31,130 bases of DNA, taken from IMG/VR virus record IMGVR_UViG_3300005573_001279, positions 1-31,130 of that record, one strand, 5' to 3'. The position numbers and the translations under genes are program-made. The notes under the pieces are model-generated. The model saw only the letters and a program-made list of their open reading frames with translations. It did not search any database and was not told where the DNA came from. Origin of the DNA: a virus. Lineage: Duplodnaviria; Caudoviricetes. Shown here piece by piece: positions 18,510 to 27,406 of this stretch. Within the stretch, counting starts at the first letter, position 1, and every line of letters begins with the position of its first letter.

Positions 18510-18563
18510 GCAATAAATGCATCAACTTCTTATTTGGTTTATAATTAAGTCAAGTAAACTAAT

Positions 18564-20660
18564 ATGGCGACATTTTATCTTGATTATGTAAATGGAAACG
18601 ATTCTAATAATGGTTCCAGCTGGGCTTTGGCTTGGAAAACTATCACCAGTGGTGCTACGGCAGCGAGAATTGCTCCGGGTGATGTTATTAGAATTGCTAA
18701 AAGTCCAGCTCCGACTTCAATAGGAAATGCCACTTGGACTAATCTTTCTAAGACTGTAACTTTAGCCACAGCTCAAACTCAAACCATAGAACTTTGTGAA
18801 TCGGCTTGGACCGCTTCAGCTAATGTTACGGCCACTGCTTCAACAGCAAGAAAAGAAGGTTATTATTCTGCTTCTCTTGCTATTGAAGATGCTTTTACGA
18901 CTGGTAAAGTTGCTTATAAATCCTTTTCTGCCTTAGATTTGTCAAGCTATCAAAAAATTAGTTTTTGGATACAAAACACTGCGACAATTACCGCTAATTA
19001 CTTAAAAGTTGTTCTTTGTTCTGATACGTCTGGAAACACGATTGTAGATACTTTTTATATCCCAGCCATACCATCTATATACAAGTGGTTGCCTTTAACT
19101 ATTGCTAGAAATGGCGGTGGAAATTTAGGTTCTTTTATCCGGTCAATAGCTGTTTATGCTGACACTGACCCAGGCACAATAATACTTTACTTAGATGATT
19201 TTATTGCTTGCACGACAGATGGTCTTAATCTTCAGAGTTTGATTTCTAAAAATTCCGCTGAGCAGGGTGGGATGGAAGGTTGGTATGGAATACAAAGTAT
19301 AGATGGGACAACTATTTTGTTGGATAATGGAATAAATAACGGTCCCGATTCTGGTATGGGGTATTCAGGGACAACTGAAACTGTAACAACCTACAAGAGA
19401 GAGACAATAAAAACTGCTTTAGCTTCAAGTGATTACGCTGTCCAAGAGATTCAAGATAGTGGAACTTCAGGAAGCAATATAGAATTTCAAGGTGGTTGGA
19501 ATACATCTACCAATCAACAAGATGGAGAAACATTTTTTGATGGGTTAAATGGGAGTGGTTATGGACTTTACTTATCATTAAAAAGTTATACTACCTTGAA
19601 TTATCTTAATTTTTGTCGTTATAATTATGGAGTTTATTATTACGACAGTAGTAATAACACTATAACTACCCTTTCAAATGCTAATAATAATGATGATTGT
19701 GGAGTTTATTATGGAGATAGCAATAACAATACTATAATTACCCTTTCAAATGCTAATAATAATTATTGCGGAGTTTATTATTACGACAGTAGTAATAACA
19801 CTATAACTACCCTTTCAAATGCTAATAATAATGGTTGCGGAGTTTATTATTACGACAGTAGTAATAACACTATAACTACCCTTTCAAATGCTAATAATAA
19901 TGATTGCGGAGTTTATTATTACGACAGTAGTAATAACACTATAATTACCCTTTCAAATGCTAATAATAATTATTGCGGAGTTTATTATTACGACAGTAGT
20001 AATAACACTATAACTACCCTTTCAAATGCTAATAATAATGATTATTATGGAGTTTATTATGAAAAAAGTTATAATAATATTATCAAATCTTTATCTACTT
20101 CAGGAAACGAAGTATCGGGAATTTACAACGACATCGGAACAAACTATCTTTTCAATGCCTCAATTGGGGAAACAACAGAAATTGATGGTCTTTTTGATTT
20201 TGCTAATTCAAGAATTTTTTCTCATAATCACGACCAAACTTCTGGTTATTACAAAATCTTTACAGATGGCGGTTTAATCCAATCTACCACATCTGTAAGA
20301 CATACCGCCTCAGGTATTGCTTGGCAGTTATCACCTACTTCTACTAATAGAAGTTCAAGTTATCCTCTTAATTTAGTTATCGCAAGAATAGCTTGTTCTG
20401 CCAATAATCAAGTAACAGTTAAGGCTTGGTTTAGAAGAGATAATACTGGAATTACAGGGAGACTGATTTGTAAGGGGAAACAAATTGCTGGTGTAGATAG
20501 TGATGTTTATGCTGATATGACAGCGGCGGCTAATACTTGGGAGGAATTAACTATTAACTTTACGCCGACTGAAGCTGGTGTAGTAGAAATAGAAGCACAA
20601 GCTTGGGGTGGGACGTCTTATTCTGTTTATGTTGATGATATGACTATTAGTCAGGCATAA
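18564..20660 (+). CDS. Putative tailspike/adhesin with parallel beta-helix repeats and carbohydrate-binding-like domains
   Basis: N-terminal FYLD..NGNDSNNG..W..AWKTI motif seen in beta-helix proteins; NosD-like GVYY..S.NNTI repeats; beta-sandwich ends (LYLDDF, VYVDDM). Confidence 0.7.
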   Translation: MATFYLDYVNGNDSNNGSSWALAWKTITSGATAARIAPGDVIRIAKSPAPTSIGNATWTNLSKTVTLATAQTQTIELCESAWTASANVTATASTARKEGYYSASLAIEDAFTTGKVAYKSFSALDLSSYQKISFWIQNTATITANYLKVVLCSDTSGNTIVDTFYIPAIPSIYKWLPLTIARNGGGNLGSFIRSIAVYADTDPGTIILYLDDFIACTTDGLNLQSLISKNSAEQGGMEGWYGIQSIDGTTILLDNGINNGPDSGMGYSGTTETVTTYKRETIKTALASSDYAVQEIQDSGTSGSNIEFQGGWNTSTNQQDGETFFDGLNGSGYGLYLSLKSYTTLNYLNFCRYNYGVYYYDSSNNTITTLSNANNNDDCGVYYGDSNNNTIITLSNANNNYCGVYYYDSSNNTITTLSNANNNGCGVYYYDSSNNTITTLSNANNNDCGVYYYDSSNNTIITLSNANNNYCGVYYYDSSNNTITTLSNANNNDYYGVYYEKSYNNIIKSLSTSGNEVSGIYNDIGTNYLFNASIGETTEIDGLFDFANSRIFSHNHDQTSGYYKIFTDGGLIQSTTSVRHTASGIAWQLSPTSTNRSSSYPLNLVIARIACSANNQVTVKAWFRRDNTGITGRLICKGKQIAGVDSDVYADMTAAANTWEELTINFTPTEAGVVEIEAQAWGGTSYSVYVDDMTISQA
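19629..20060 (+). repeat. Six tandem 69/72-bp coding repeats (GVYYYDSSNNTITTLSNANNNxC) plus the start of a degenerate seventh
   Basis: Units start at 19629, 19701, 19770, 19839, 19908, 19977 and 20049; near-identical at DNA level except unit 2. Confidence 0.95.
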
Positions 20661-20662
20661 AT

Positions 20663-20935
20663 ATGACAAATTACGCATATAAAGAAACAATAGAAAAATT
20701 CAAAGATATGGCTGGCAAGTGGCAGGTCAGGGTTCTTGTTGCCGATAACGAGGCTATCTTTTTGAAATTTGACCACGACCCAACTGTAGATGAAGTTAAA
20801 ACTGAAGTGACTAAATATATTAAAAATTTGGCAAGGCAAAAGTCTGAAGAACTGAAAATGATTGATGAGCAGATAAATAGATTACAGGAAAGGAAAAAAG
20901 TTTTAGAACAAGAAATCTCCGAGCCATTAGGCTAA
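20663..20935 (+). CDS. Small protein with C-terminal coiled coil (possible fibre chaperone)
   Basis: 90 aa, 2 nt after the spike gene. Confidence 0.7.
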   Translation: MTNYAYKETIEKFKDMAGKWQVRVLVADNEAIFLKFDHDPTVDEVKTEVTKYIKNLARQKSEELKMIDEQINRLQERKKVLEQEISEPLG

Positions 20936-20963
20936 TCTCCTAACGCTTCGGAGATGAAAGCCT

Positions 20964-22334
20964 ATGGCACTACCGACACCAGACCAACTAAAAACATTAG
21001 ATTACGCCTACAAAGCACAACCTTTTTGTGGGGTTCCTGCAAAATCTTCTATTGATTTACAAACAATGGATTATGCTTATAAGGCACAACCATTCGTGGC
21101 AAACACAACGGCTGGAGCAACAACCACCACTTCTTCATCTACTTCTTCATCAAGTAGTACAAGCTCTACCAGCAGTTCAACGTCTACAACTAGTACTTCT
21201 TCAAGTACATCTACATCAACAACATCAACTTCCAGTTCAACCTCGACAACATCAACTTCCAGTTCTACTAGTACTAGTTCAACATCTAGTTCTACTTCAA
21301 CAACTAGTACATCAACTAGTACAACAAGTACTTCTTCCAGCTCATCAACATCTACGACCAGTACTTCTTCAAGTACATCTACTTCTACTACATCTACCAG
21401 TAGTTCCACTTCGAGTACATCAAGTTCCTCAAGCACGAGCACGACAAGTACCAGTTCTTCAACTAGTTCAACGAGTTCTTCTTCCTCAACTTCATCAACT
21501 TCATCTAGTTCAAGTACAAGTACGACAAGCACGTCAACATCTACATCTACTTCAACAACATCTACTTCTAGTTCAACATCAACAACATCTACTTCTAGCT
21601 CAACTTCGACAACTAGTACATCAAGTAGTACAAGCACCTCGTCAACTAGTAGTTCTACGAGCACCACTTCTACCAGTAGTTCGACATCTACCACAAGCAC
21701 ATCTACATCTACTACCTCAACCTCTAGTTCTACCAGTACTAGTTCGACGTCTAGTTCAACCTCAACAACCAGTACATCAAGTAGTTCAAGTACTTCCAGC
21801 ACCAGCAGTTCTACAAGTACTACTTCTACTAGTAGTTCAACATCAACCTCAACCTCGACAACTTCAAGTTCAACATCAACATCTACAAGTACAACTTCTA
21901 CCAGTAGTTCAACATCTACTTCCACTACATCTACCAGTAGTTCAACATCTACATCTACATCAACCACATCAACTTCTAGCTCAACCTCAACAACTAGTAC
22001 ATCTACATCTACTTCTAGTTCAACATCAACAACTAGTACATCTACATCTACTTCTAGTTCAACATCAACATCTACAAGTACAACATCTACTAGTAGCTCT
22101 ACCAGTACCACAAGTACATCGTCTAGCACAAGTACTTCTACGAGTACATCGACAAGCAGCTCTACTTCCACTACTGCCACAACTCTTCTTGAATTTGATA
22201 TATTTGAAGAGAAAGCTATTATAGACACTAGTTCTGAAAAGATGGTGGTGGATACTGATTATGACAAACCTCAAATTGAAAGCGAAAAAGAATTGTTGGC
22301 AATAGACAGTGAAAGCATGAAACCTGAAGTTTGA
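20964..22334 (+). CDS. Mucin-like protein: duplicated N-terminal motif, 352-aa pure Ser/Thr tract, acidic C-terminus
   Basis: L(K/Q)T(L/M)DYAYKAQPF occurs twice; residues 53-404 are only S/T; this frame has non-repetitive, protein-like termini. Confidence 0.88.
   Translation: MALPTPDQLKTLDYAYKAQPFCGVPAKSSIDLQTMDYAYKAQPFVANTTAGATTTTSSSTSSSSSTSSTSSSTSTTSTSSSTSTSTTSTSSSTSTTSTSSSTSTSSTSSSTSTTSTSTSTTSTSSSSSTSTTSTSSSTSTSTTSTSSSTSSTSSSSSTSTTSTSSSTSSTSSSSSTSSTSSSSSTSTTSTSTSTSTSTTSTSSSTSTTSTSSSTSTTSTSSSTSTSSTSSSTSTTSTSSSTSTTSTSTSTTSTSSSTSTSSTSSSTSTTSTSSSSSTSSTSSSTSTTSTSSSTSTSTSTTSSSTSTSTSTTSTSSSTSTSTTSTSSSTSTSTSTTSTSSSTSTTSTSTSTSSSTSTTSTSTSTSSSTSTSTSTTSTSSSTSTTSTSSSTSTSTSTSTSSSTSTTATTLLEFDIFEEKAIIDTSSEKMVVDTDYDKPQIESEKELLAIDSESMKPEV
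21120..22175 (+). repeat. Low-complexity Ser/Thr codon tract (~1056 bp)
   Basis: Only ACN/TCN/AGY codons in frame; degenerate STSTTSTSS-like periodicity with mixed synonymous codons. Confidence 0.95.
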
Positions 22335-22359
22335 AAGTTTTACCTTTAATAGTTAAAAT
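22331..22359 (+). promoter_or_regulatory. Sigma70-type promoter TTGAAA-N17-TAAAAT, leaderless start at 22366
   Basis: Optimal spacing; ATG begins 6 nt after the -10 box. Confidence 0.55.
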
Positions 22360-22365
22360 AAATCA

Positions 22366-22914
22366 ATGACATCGTTTCCAAACAGTTTACCAAGTTTTAG
22401 CAACCCGTCTGGGAGTGACTATCTAAATTCACCAGCTCATGCTACACAGCACGCAAATGCTAATGACGAGATTGTTGCAATAGCCACCAAGGTTGGAACA
22501 GGTAGTTCAACTCCAGCTAGTGGAAAATATCTTAAAGGAACTGGTAGTGGAACCTCAGAGTGGTCAACTCTGGTAATAAATAGAGCTTTTAGCTTTTATA
22601 TTGCTGGTTATCCGACGGTTGCCAACGATTTGTCTTGGAATCCAACCTCTCCACAAAATATGACTGCTGTTAAGTTGTGGGCATATTGTAAAACAGCTCC
22701 AACTGGAGCATCCTTAATTGCTAGAATTTACAACGTAACCCAAGACAAGGTTGTTGCAACAGTTACAATAAGTGCTGGTTCTACTTCAGGAAATAATGAA
22801 ACAATGACAAATGAGTCTATAACGGCGGGTGATGTTTTAAGAGCAGATGTGACTCAAGTTGGCTCTACTGTTTCTGGGGCTGATATCTCTTTAGTGCTAG
22901 AATGCACAGCATAA
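22366..22914 (+). CDS. Putative tail fibre/fibre-adaptor protein
   Basis: N-terminal FP.SL...HATQHANANDEIVAI..KVG helix typical of fibre anchors; C-terminal beta-sandwich (AGDVLRADVTQVGS). Confidence 0.6.
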   Translation: MTSFPNSLPSFSNPSGSDYLNSPAHATQHANANDEIVAIATKVGTGSSTPASGKYLKGTGSGTSEWSTLVINRAFSFYIAGYPTVANDLSWNPTSPQNMTAVKLWAYCKTAPTGASLIARIYNVTQDKVVATVTISAGSTSGNNETMTNESITAGDVLRADVTQVGSTVSGADISLVLECTA

Positions 22915-22921
22915 AATATGT

Positions 22922-24166
22922 ATGTCAAACTTAAATTTATGGCAAAGGTTGGACAGGGTTTTGTATGGACTTCCGTTTGGTGATGGTTCTGATGGTGATT
23001 ATAATTCTTCAACCATTCCAACAATGACCTACCGTTCCTGTTCTGGAACGGCTGGTTCTACAACCCTAACTCTTGGTTCATCTGCTTTTTCTAATGGAGA
23101 TGTTTTGCTTATACACCAAACAAGGGGTACAGGAGTTGGACAGTGGGAAGTTAACAGAGTTGTCTCTGGTGGTGGCACAACCTCACTTACCCTGCTTAAA
23201 CCACTCCAATACACCTACACAGATAGTGGGGCCTCACAGGCACAGGCGGTTAAGATACTTAGATATAACAATGTAACCTGCCCATCGGGAACTTGGACAG
23301 TGCCGTCTTGGAACGGAGATACTGGCGGAATTTTCGTTTTAGCTGTAAGAGGAACATTAACTATAAGCGGAACGATAAGTGGTGGTACTTCTGGTTTTCG
23401 TGCTTCTAGTAGATTATCAGTTGGTAGTTATAGTACTGGGACTTATTATAATGCTTATCAAGGAGAAGGTTCTGCAAACATTTATTCTTACACCTATGTT
23501 CCAAATGGAAATGGTGGTGGTGGCGGAACTCTGTATCATTTTGCTAATGGCGATGAGGAGTGTTCTGGTGGCGGTGGTGGAGGAAATTATGGAACTGGTG
23601 GATATTCTAGTGCTGATGACCCCGGTAAATTGTACGCTGGTCAAGGTGGTTATTCTGTCAGTTCTAGCGATTTGATAACCTTTACTCTTGGTGGTGCTGG
23701 TGGGCATGGCGGAATGTATTCTAATCAAACTGGTCGTGTTGGTGGAAATGGTGCTGGTGCTGTTTTGTTATTTGCCAAGATTATTCCAACCATAACAGGA
23801 GCAATTTCACTTACTGGAGCAAACGGAGAAGACAATGTGGGTGACCATCAATCAGCTGCTGGTGGTGGCGGCGCTGGTGGAATTTGTTTGATTTGTAGTC
23901 AAACAGCTGATATAGGGACAAGTAAAATAAATTGTTCTGGTGGAAATGGAGGCAACGGTGCAAACTATGGTGGTGGACACGGTGGTGGTGGGGGTGGTGG
24001 TGTTGTTAGAGCATACTATTCAAACACATTTAGCGGAACAGCTGTGGCAAATGCTGGTACAAATGGTTCTTCTGGTGGTGCAACAACTGCACCAACCAGT
24101 GGTGTTACTAGTTCTACTCAAGATACAACTTTGAGAGAAAATGTATTTTTCGGTGGTATGGTTTAA
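22922..24166 (+). CDS. Glycine-rich receptor-binding/adhesin-like protein
   Basis: FGDGSDG motif, then repeated GGGGG/GAGG segments separated by aromatic-rich loops. Confidence 0.7.
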   Translation: MSNLNLWQRLDRVLYGLPFGDGSDGDYNSSTIPTMTYRSCSGTAGSTTLTLGSSAFSNGDVLLIHQTRGTGVGQWEVNRVVSGGGTTSLTLLKPLQYTYTDSGASQAQAVKILRYNNVTCPSGTWTVPSWNGDTGGIFVLAVRGTLTISGTISGGTSGFRASSRLSVGSYSTGTYYNAYQGEGSANIYSYTYVPNGNGGGGGTLYHFANGDEECSGGGGGGNYGTGGYSSADDPGKLYAGQGGYSVSSSDLITFTLGGAGGHGGMYSNQTGRVGGNGAGAVLLFAKIIPTITGAISLTGANGEDNVGDHQSAAGGGGAGGICLICSQTADIGTSKINCSGGNGGNGANYGGGHGGGGGGGVVRAYYSNTFSGTAVANAGTNGSSGGATTAPTSGVTSSTQDTTLRENVFFGGMV

Positions 24167-24175
24167 AATATAATT

Positions 24176-24373
24176 ATGAGAATATACAAATGCGACAATT
24201 GCGGAAAAGAATTTACGCAGGCTCTTGATTTTGAAGAATACAAAGATGAACACGGCGTTTGGCATGTTATTGATTTATGTGCTGAATGTCGTAAAAATAT
24301 CAATATCCAAAAGGAAAATAATATAAAGGAAACATTATCCAATATTGTTAAAAAAACATCTAAAGCAAAATGA
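24176..24373 (+). CDS. Small zinc-ribbon protein
   Basis: YKCDNCGKE...DLCAEC (two CxxC pairs); ATGA-coupled to the next gene. Confidence 0.7.
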   Translation: MRIYKCDNCGKEFTQALDFEEYKDEHGVWHVIDLCAECRKNINIQKENNIKETLSNIVKKTSKAK

Positions 24374-25575
24374 TAGTAAAGATTAAAAATCCAAGTGTAA
24401 ACAACGGTGTCCAAACAGAGCTGTCAAGTGACTACTCTTCTGGAACAACCTTATATGTTGAATCAACAACTGGTTTTTCTGCTAACCAGTATATCCTGAT
24501 TGGCGAACCCAACCTTGAAAAAACAGAAATAGCAAAAATAAACTCCATTGTTTCTGCTACACAACTGACAATCACTTCGCTTTCATTCTCGCACGCAAGA
24601 GGAACTCCGGTTTATTATATTTTGTGGGATAAATATGAACTTCAGTATAAGACCACCTCGTCTGGAAACTGGAATACATATAGCGGAATGCCAGCCTCTC
24701 TTAATTATGATGCCTTATATACAGAGTATGTGGATTCTTCTGCGACAAGCAGTTATCAATGGAGATATAGGTATTATTCTACCGAGAAAGATACTTATTC
24801 TGATTATTCTAATACTATCAGTGCAGGTGGTTGGTCTAAAAACTCTGTTGGTTATATGATTGGTAAAATAAGAAAAACCATCAATGACCCAGAATCAAAA
24901 ACAATTAGCGACGCAGAAATTATCAGATATTTAAATGCCGCCCAACAGAAAGTATATTCTTTATATGACAGGTGGTGGTTTTTGTTTGTCGTTGGAGAAC
25001 CAATTCTAACCCAGTCATCTGTCAAGAAATATAACCTGCCGCCTGACTTTGGCAGAATGCATACTGTTTTGTTTAATTATGTTAGCGGTAGCACTGATAT
25101 AACTTACAATCTCAAATATCTTTCAATGGTTGAATTTGACTATGTTAGTGCCGATAATACCGCAGAAAATGATGATGCTTTAAAATATTATACGATTTAT
25201 CCAGGAGATTCTAACAATGAAAGTGGTTATCTATATGTCTATCCAACTCCCGACACAAATGGATTGGAGATTGTTCCCCGATATTACAAGGTAATACCAG
25301 ACCTTGATAATTATGGGGATGAAACTGTAATACCAATTCCAGAAATGCTTGAGAATTATGCTATATCTCGTGTATTGGCAATAAGAGAAGAAGACTCAAG
25401 AGCTACTAATTATGACAAACTATTTAGGGAACAAATTGAACTTCTTAAGCTAATGCAAAGAAAACAAACTGGTTCTATGAGATATATCTGGAAATATCAA
25501 GGAAAAGATGCTGAAGATAGATATTTTGGGAAAATGCCTTTAAATATTGACCAGATTAGAGAAAATTATTTTTAA
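24370..25575 (+). CDS. Head-tail adaptor (tail tubular protein A-like) with an extra ~150-aa N-terminal beta region
   Basis: IRKTIND...ISDAEIIRYLNAAQ, YNLPPDF and LYVYPTPD adaptor motifs; precedes the nozzle gene. Confidence 0.7.
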   Translation: MIVKIKNPSVNNGVQTELSSDYSSGTTLYVESTTGFSANQYILIGEPNLEKTEIAKINSIVSATQLTITSLSFSHARGTPVYYILWDKYELQYKTTSSGNWNTYSGMPASLNYDALYTEYVDSSATSSYQWRYRYYSTEKDTYSDYSNTISAGGWSKNSVGYMIGKIRKTINDPESKTISDAEIIRYLNAAQQKVYSLYDRWWFLFVVGEPILTQSSVKKYNLPPDFGRMHTVLFNYVSGSTDITYNLKYLSMVEFDYVSADNTAENDDALKYYTIYPGDSNNESGYLYVYPTPDTNGLEIVPRYYKVIPDLDNYGDETVIPIPEMLENYAISRVLAIREEDSRATNYDKLFREQIELLKLMQRKQTGSMRYIWKYQGKDAEDRYFGKMPLNIDQIRENYF

Positions 25576-27090
25576 ATGGGAAACTATGCAAATTTTTCAA
25601 ACTTTGACTTTTCTGGCGGAATGGACAATGCCATTGGTAGTCTTGTTTCGCCAGATAACGAATGTCGTCTAATTGTTAACGGAGAGCTTGAGCAGATAGG
25701 TCCGATTCACAAAATAAGAGGATACGAAAAGCGTGGTGAAATTGTGAACAATGGATACGAAATTTTGGGAAGCATGGCTGGTGTTAAGTCGGATGGCACG
25801 ATAAAGCAAATTGTTATTGCGGATGGAGAAACAAGTGCCGATGCTTACACTTTTAATCCAATCAATGGTCAATGGACTCCACACGGACTATCTCTTTCAA
25901 CTGGAGCAAGAGCGGAATTTGAGTATTTTCTAGACGGTTTCTTCATGGTTAACTTTGAAGATGCAACAAGATGGAATAACTATATTCAGTGGTTTACTAC
26001 CACAAATGTAACAAATGCCCCAAAGGCAAAATATATTAAACAATATCTTTCAAGAATTTATCTTGCATATGTATCCTATGATGGAAACACATATCCATCA
26101 AGAGTAGTCTATTCCAATCTTCCTGATGACAGCACGAATCCAATGACGATATCGTGGAACAACAGTGAAAACTATTTTGATGTTGATAGCGATGATGCCG
26201 ATGTCATAAGAGGCTTGGATGTAAATGCAAATAGGCTTTTAATTTTTAAGGAAAAATCTCTGCACCGATATGATACAAACACAAGATACAGAGTTCCAGG
26301 AGCACCAGGAACAACTTCCAATAGAAGTATTGTTACAATGCTTGGTTACACAATTTATCTTAACAAAGATGGTCTCTGGATATATGATGGGACAACATCA
26401 AGAAAAATCTCAAGAAAAATTGATTACATAATAAAAGGAATGTCAACCAAGAATATTTATTCTGCTTGTGCTTGGCAGAAGGGAGACAAGTATTTTCTTT
26501 ATGCTGGTGACATAGACAATGAAGAAGACGATATAAAAATAGAAAAATGTCTTATTGAATACGATGTTCCCAAAAATGCTTTTACTGTTAGAAGCATTCC
26601 GATTGAAATAACAACTTTTCACACTTTAAGAGATGACAGAAGCAGTTTTACCTATAATGATGCAACAGTTACTTACAATGATGCCAATGTTACCTATAAT
26701 GGACTCCTTTCTGCTGAAGATAGAATATACTGTGGAACCAAGGACGGAAAAGTATATCACTTTGATTACGGCAATTCATTTGATGGAGCGGACATTCCGT
26801 TTATTGTAGAAACCAAAGATTATTATCTTAATTATCCAGCTATTTATAAGTTGTTTCAGAAGGTTTTTATTTTTGTAAGTAGTAAGAAAGCTGTTACTGT
26901 CCAGTTTAAGATTGATGATGGAAGGTGGAAAACATTGGGAAGAGTAACATCAAAGAATTCAGAGTTGGTATTTCCGTCTGGTTGCAGGGGAAAAAAGATT
27001 AGATTTAGACTACTTGAGAGTGGCAGTGGAGAAAGATTTTCGTTTGATGGATTTGATATTTACTTTACACTACAAACCTTACTAAAATGA
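25576..27090 (+). CDS. Tail nozzle/stabilisation protein (P22 gp10 / T7 gp12-like beta-propeller)
   Basis: DFSGG N-terminus, SRVVYS, LLIFKE, GTTSNRSI and ETKDY; position after the adaptor. Confidence 0.75.
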   Translation: MGNYANFSNFDFSGGMDNAIGSLVSPDNECRLIVNGELEQIGPIHKIRGYEKRGEIVNNGYEILGSMAGVKSDGTIKQIVIADGETSADAYTFNPINGQWTPHGLSLSTGARAEFEYFLDGFFMVNFEDATRWNNYIQWFTTTNVTNAPKAKYIKQYLSRIYLAYVSYDGNTYPSRVVYSNLPDDSTNPMTISWNNSENYFDVDSDDADVIRGLDVNANRLLIFKEKSLHRYDTNTRYRVPGAPGTTSNRSIVTMLGYTIYLNKDGLWIYDGTTSRKISRKIDYIIKGMSTKNIYSACAWQKGDKYFLYAGDIDNEEDDIKIEKCLIEYDVPKNAFTVRSIPIEITTFHTLRDDRSSFTYNDATVTYNDANVTYNGLLSAEDRIYCGTKDGKVYHFDYGNSFDGADIPFIVETKDYYLNYPAIYKLFQKVFIFVSSKKAVTVQFKIDDGRWKTLGRVTSKNSELVFPSGCRGKKIRFRLLESGSGERFSFDGFDIYFTLQTLLK

Positions 27091-27404
27091 CAGACTTTTT
27101 TGAAAAGACTGGTTTTAATAAATTTCTTGAAAGAGAACAGCCAGGCAATCAATCTGGTTTTCTTGGCGGGGCTGAATTTGATGCAAGACTTGATGAATTG
27201 TTATTTAATAGGATAATTAAGTTAAAAGATTTGAGAGAAAAACCACAGGGTAATGATAATGGTAAAATATATTGGGATGGAGATAATCAAAAGTTTAAAA
27301 TATGGGTTGGAGATGGCGGTTGGGCTGATGTGGTTTATACTACAACCAGTACATCAACAAGTAGTTCAACTAGCACGTCAAGTTCAACTAGTACGACAAC
27401 ATAA
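27087..27404 (+). CDS. Small tail-region protein with fibre-like module and 21-aa Ser/Thr tail
   Basis: GKIYWDGDNQKFKIWVGDGGW followed by TTTSTSTSSSTSTSSSTSTTT; ATGA-coupled to the nozzle. Confidence 0.8.
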   Translation: MTDFFEKTGFNKFLEREQPGNQSGFLGGAEFDARLDELLFNRIIKLKDLREKPQGNDNGKIYWDGDNQKFKIWVGDGGWADVVYTTTSTSTSSSTSTSSSTSTTT

Positions 27405-27406
27405 AT

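Noticed and set aside
19629-20060. Possible CRISPR array
   Set aside because: Units are contiguous, in-frame multiples of 3 with no unique spacers, and no cas genes are present.
21028-22228. Long alternative-frame ORFs (398-aa Q/H/L/V-rich on +, 383-aa V/L/E/D-rich on -), and similar ones at 9286, 9332 and 9964
   Set aside because: Shadows of the Ser/Thr codon tracts, which happen to lack stops in other frames; they lack plausible termini and start context.
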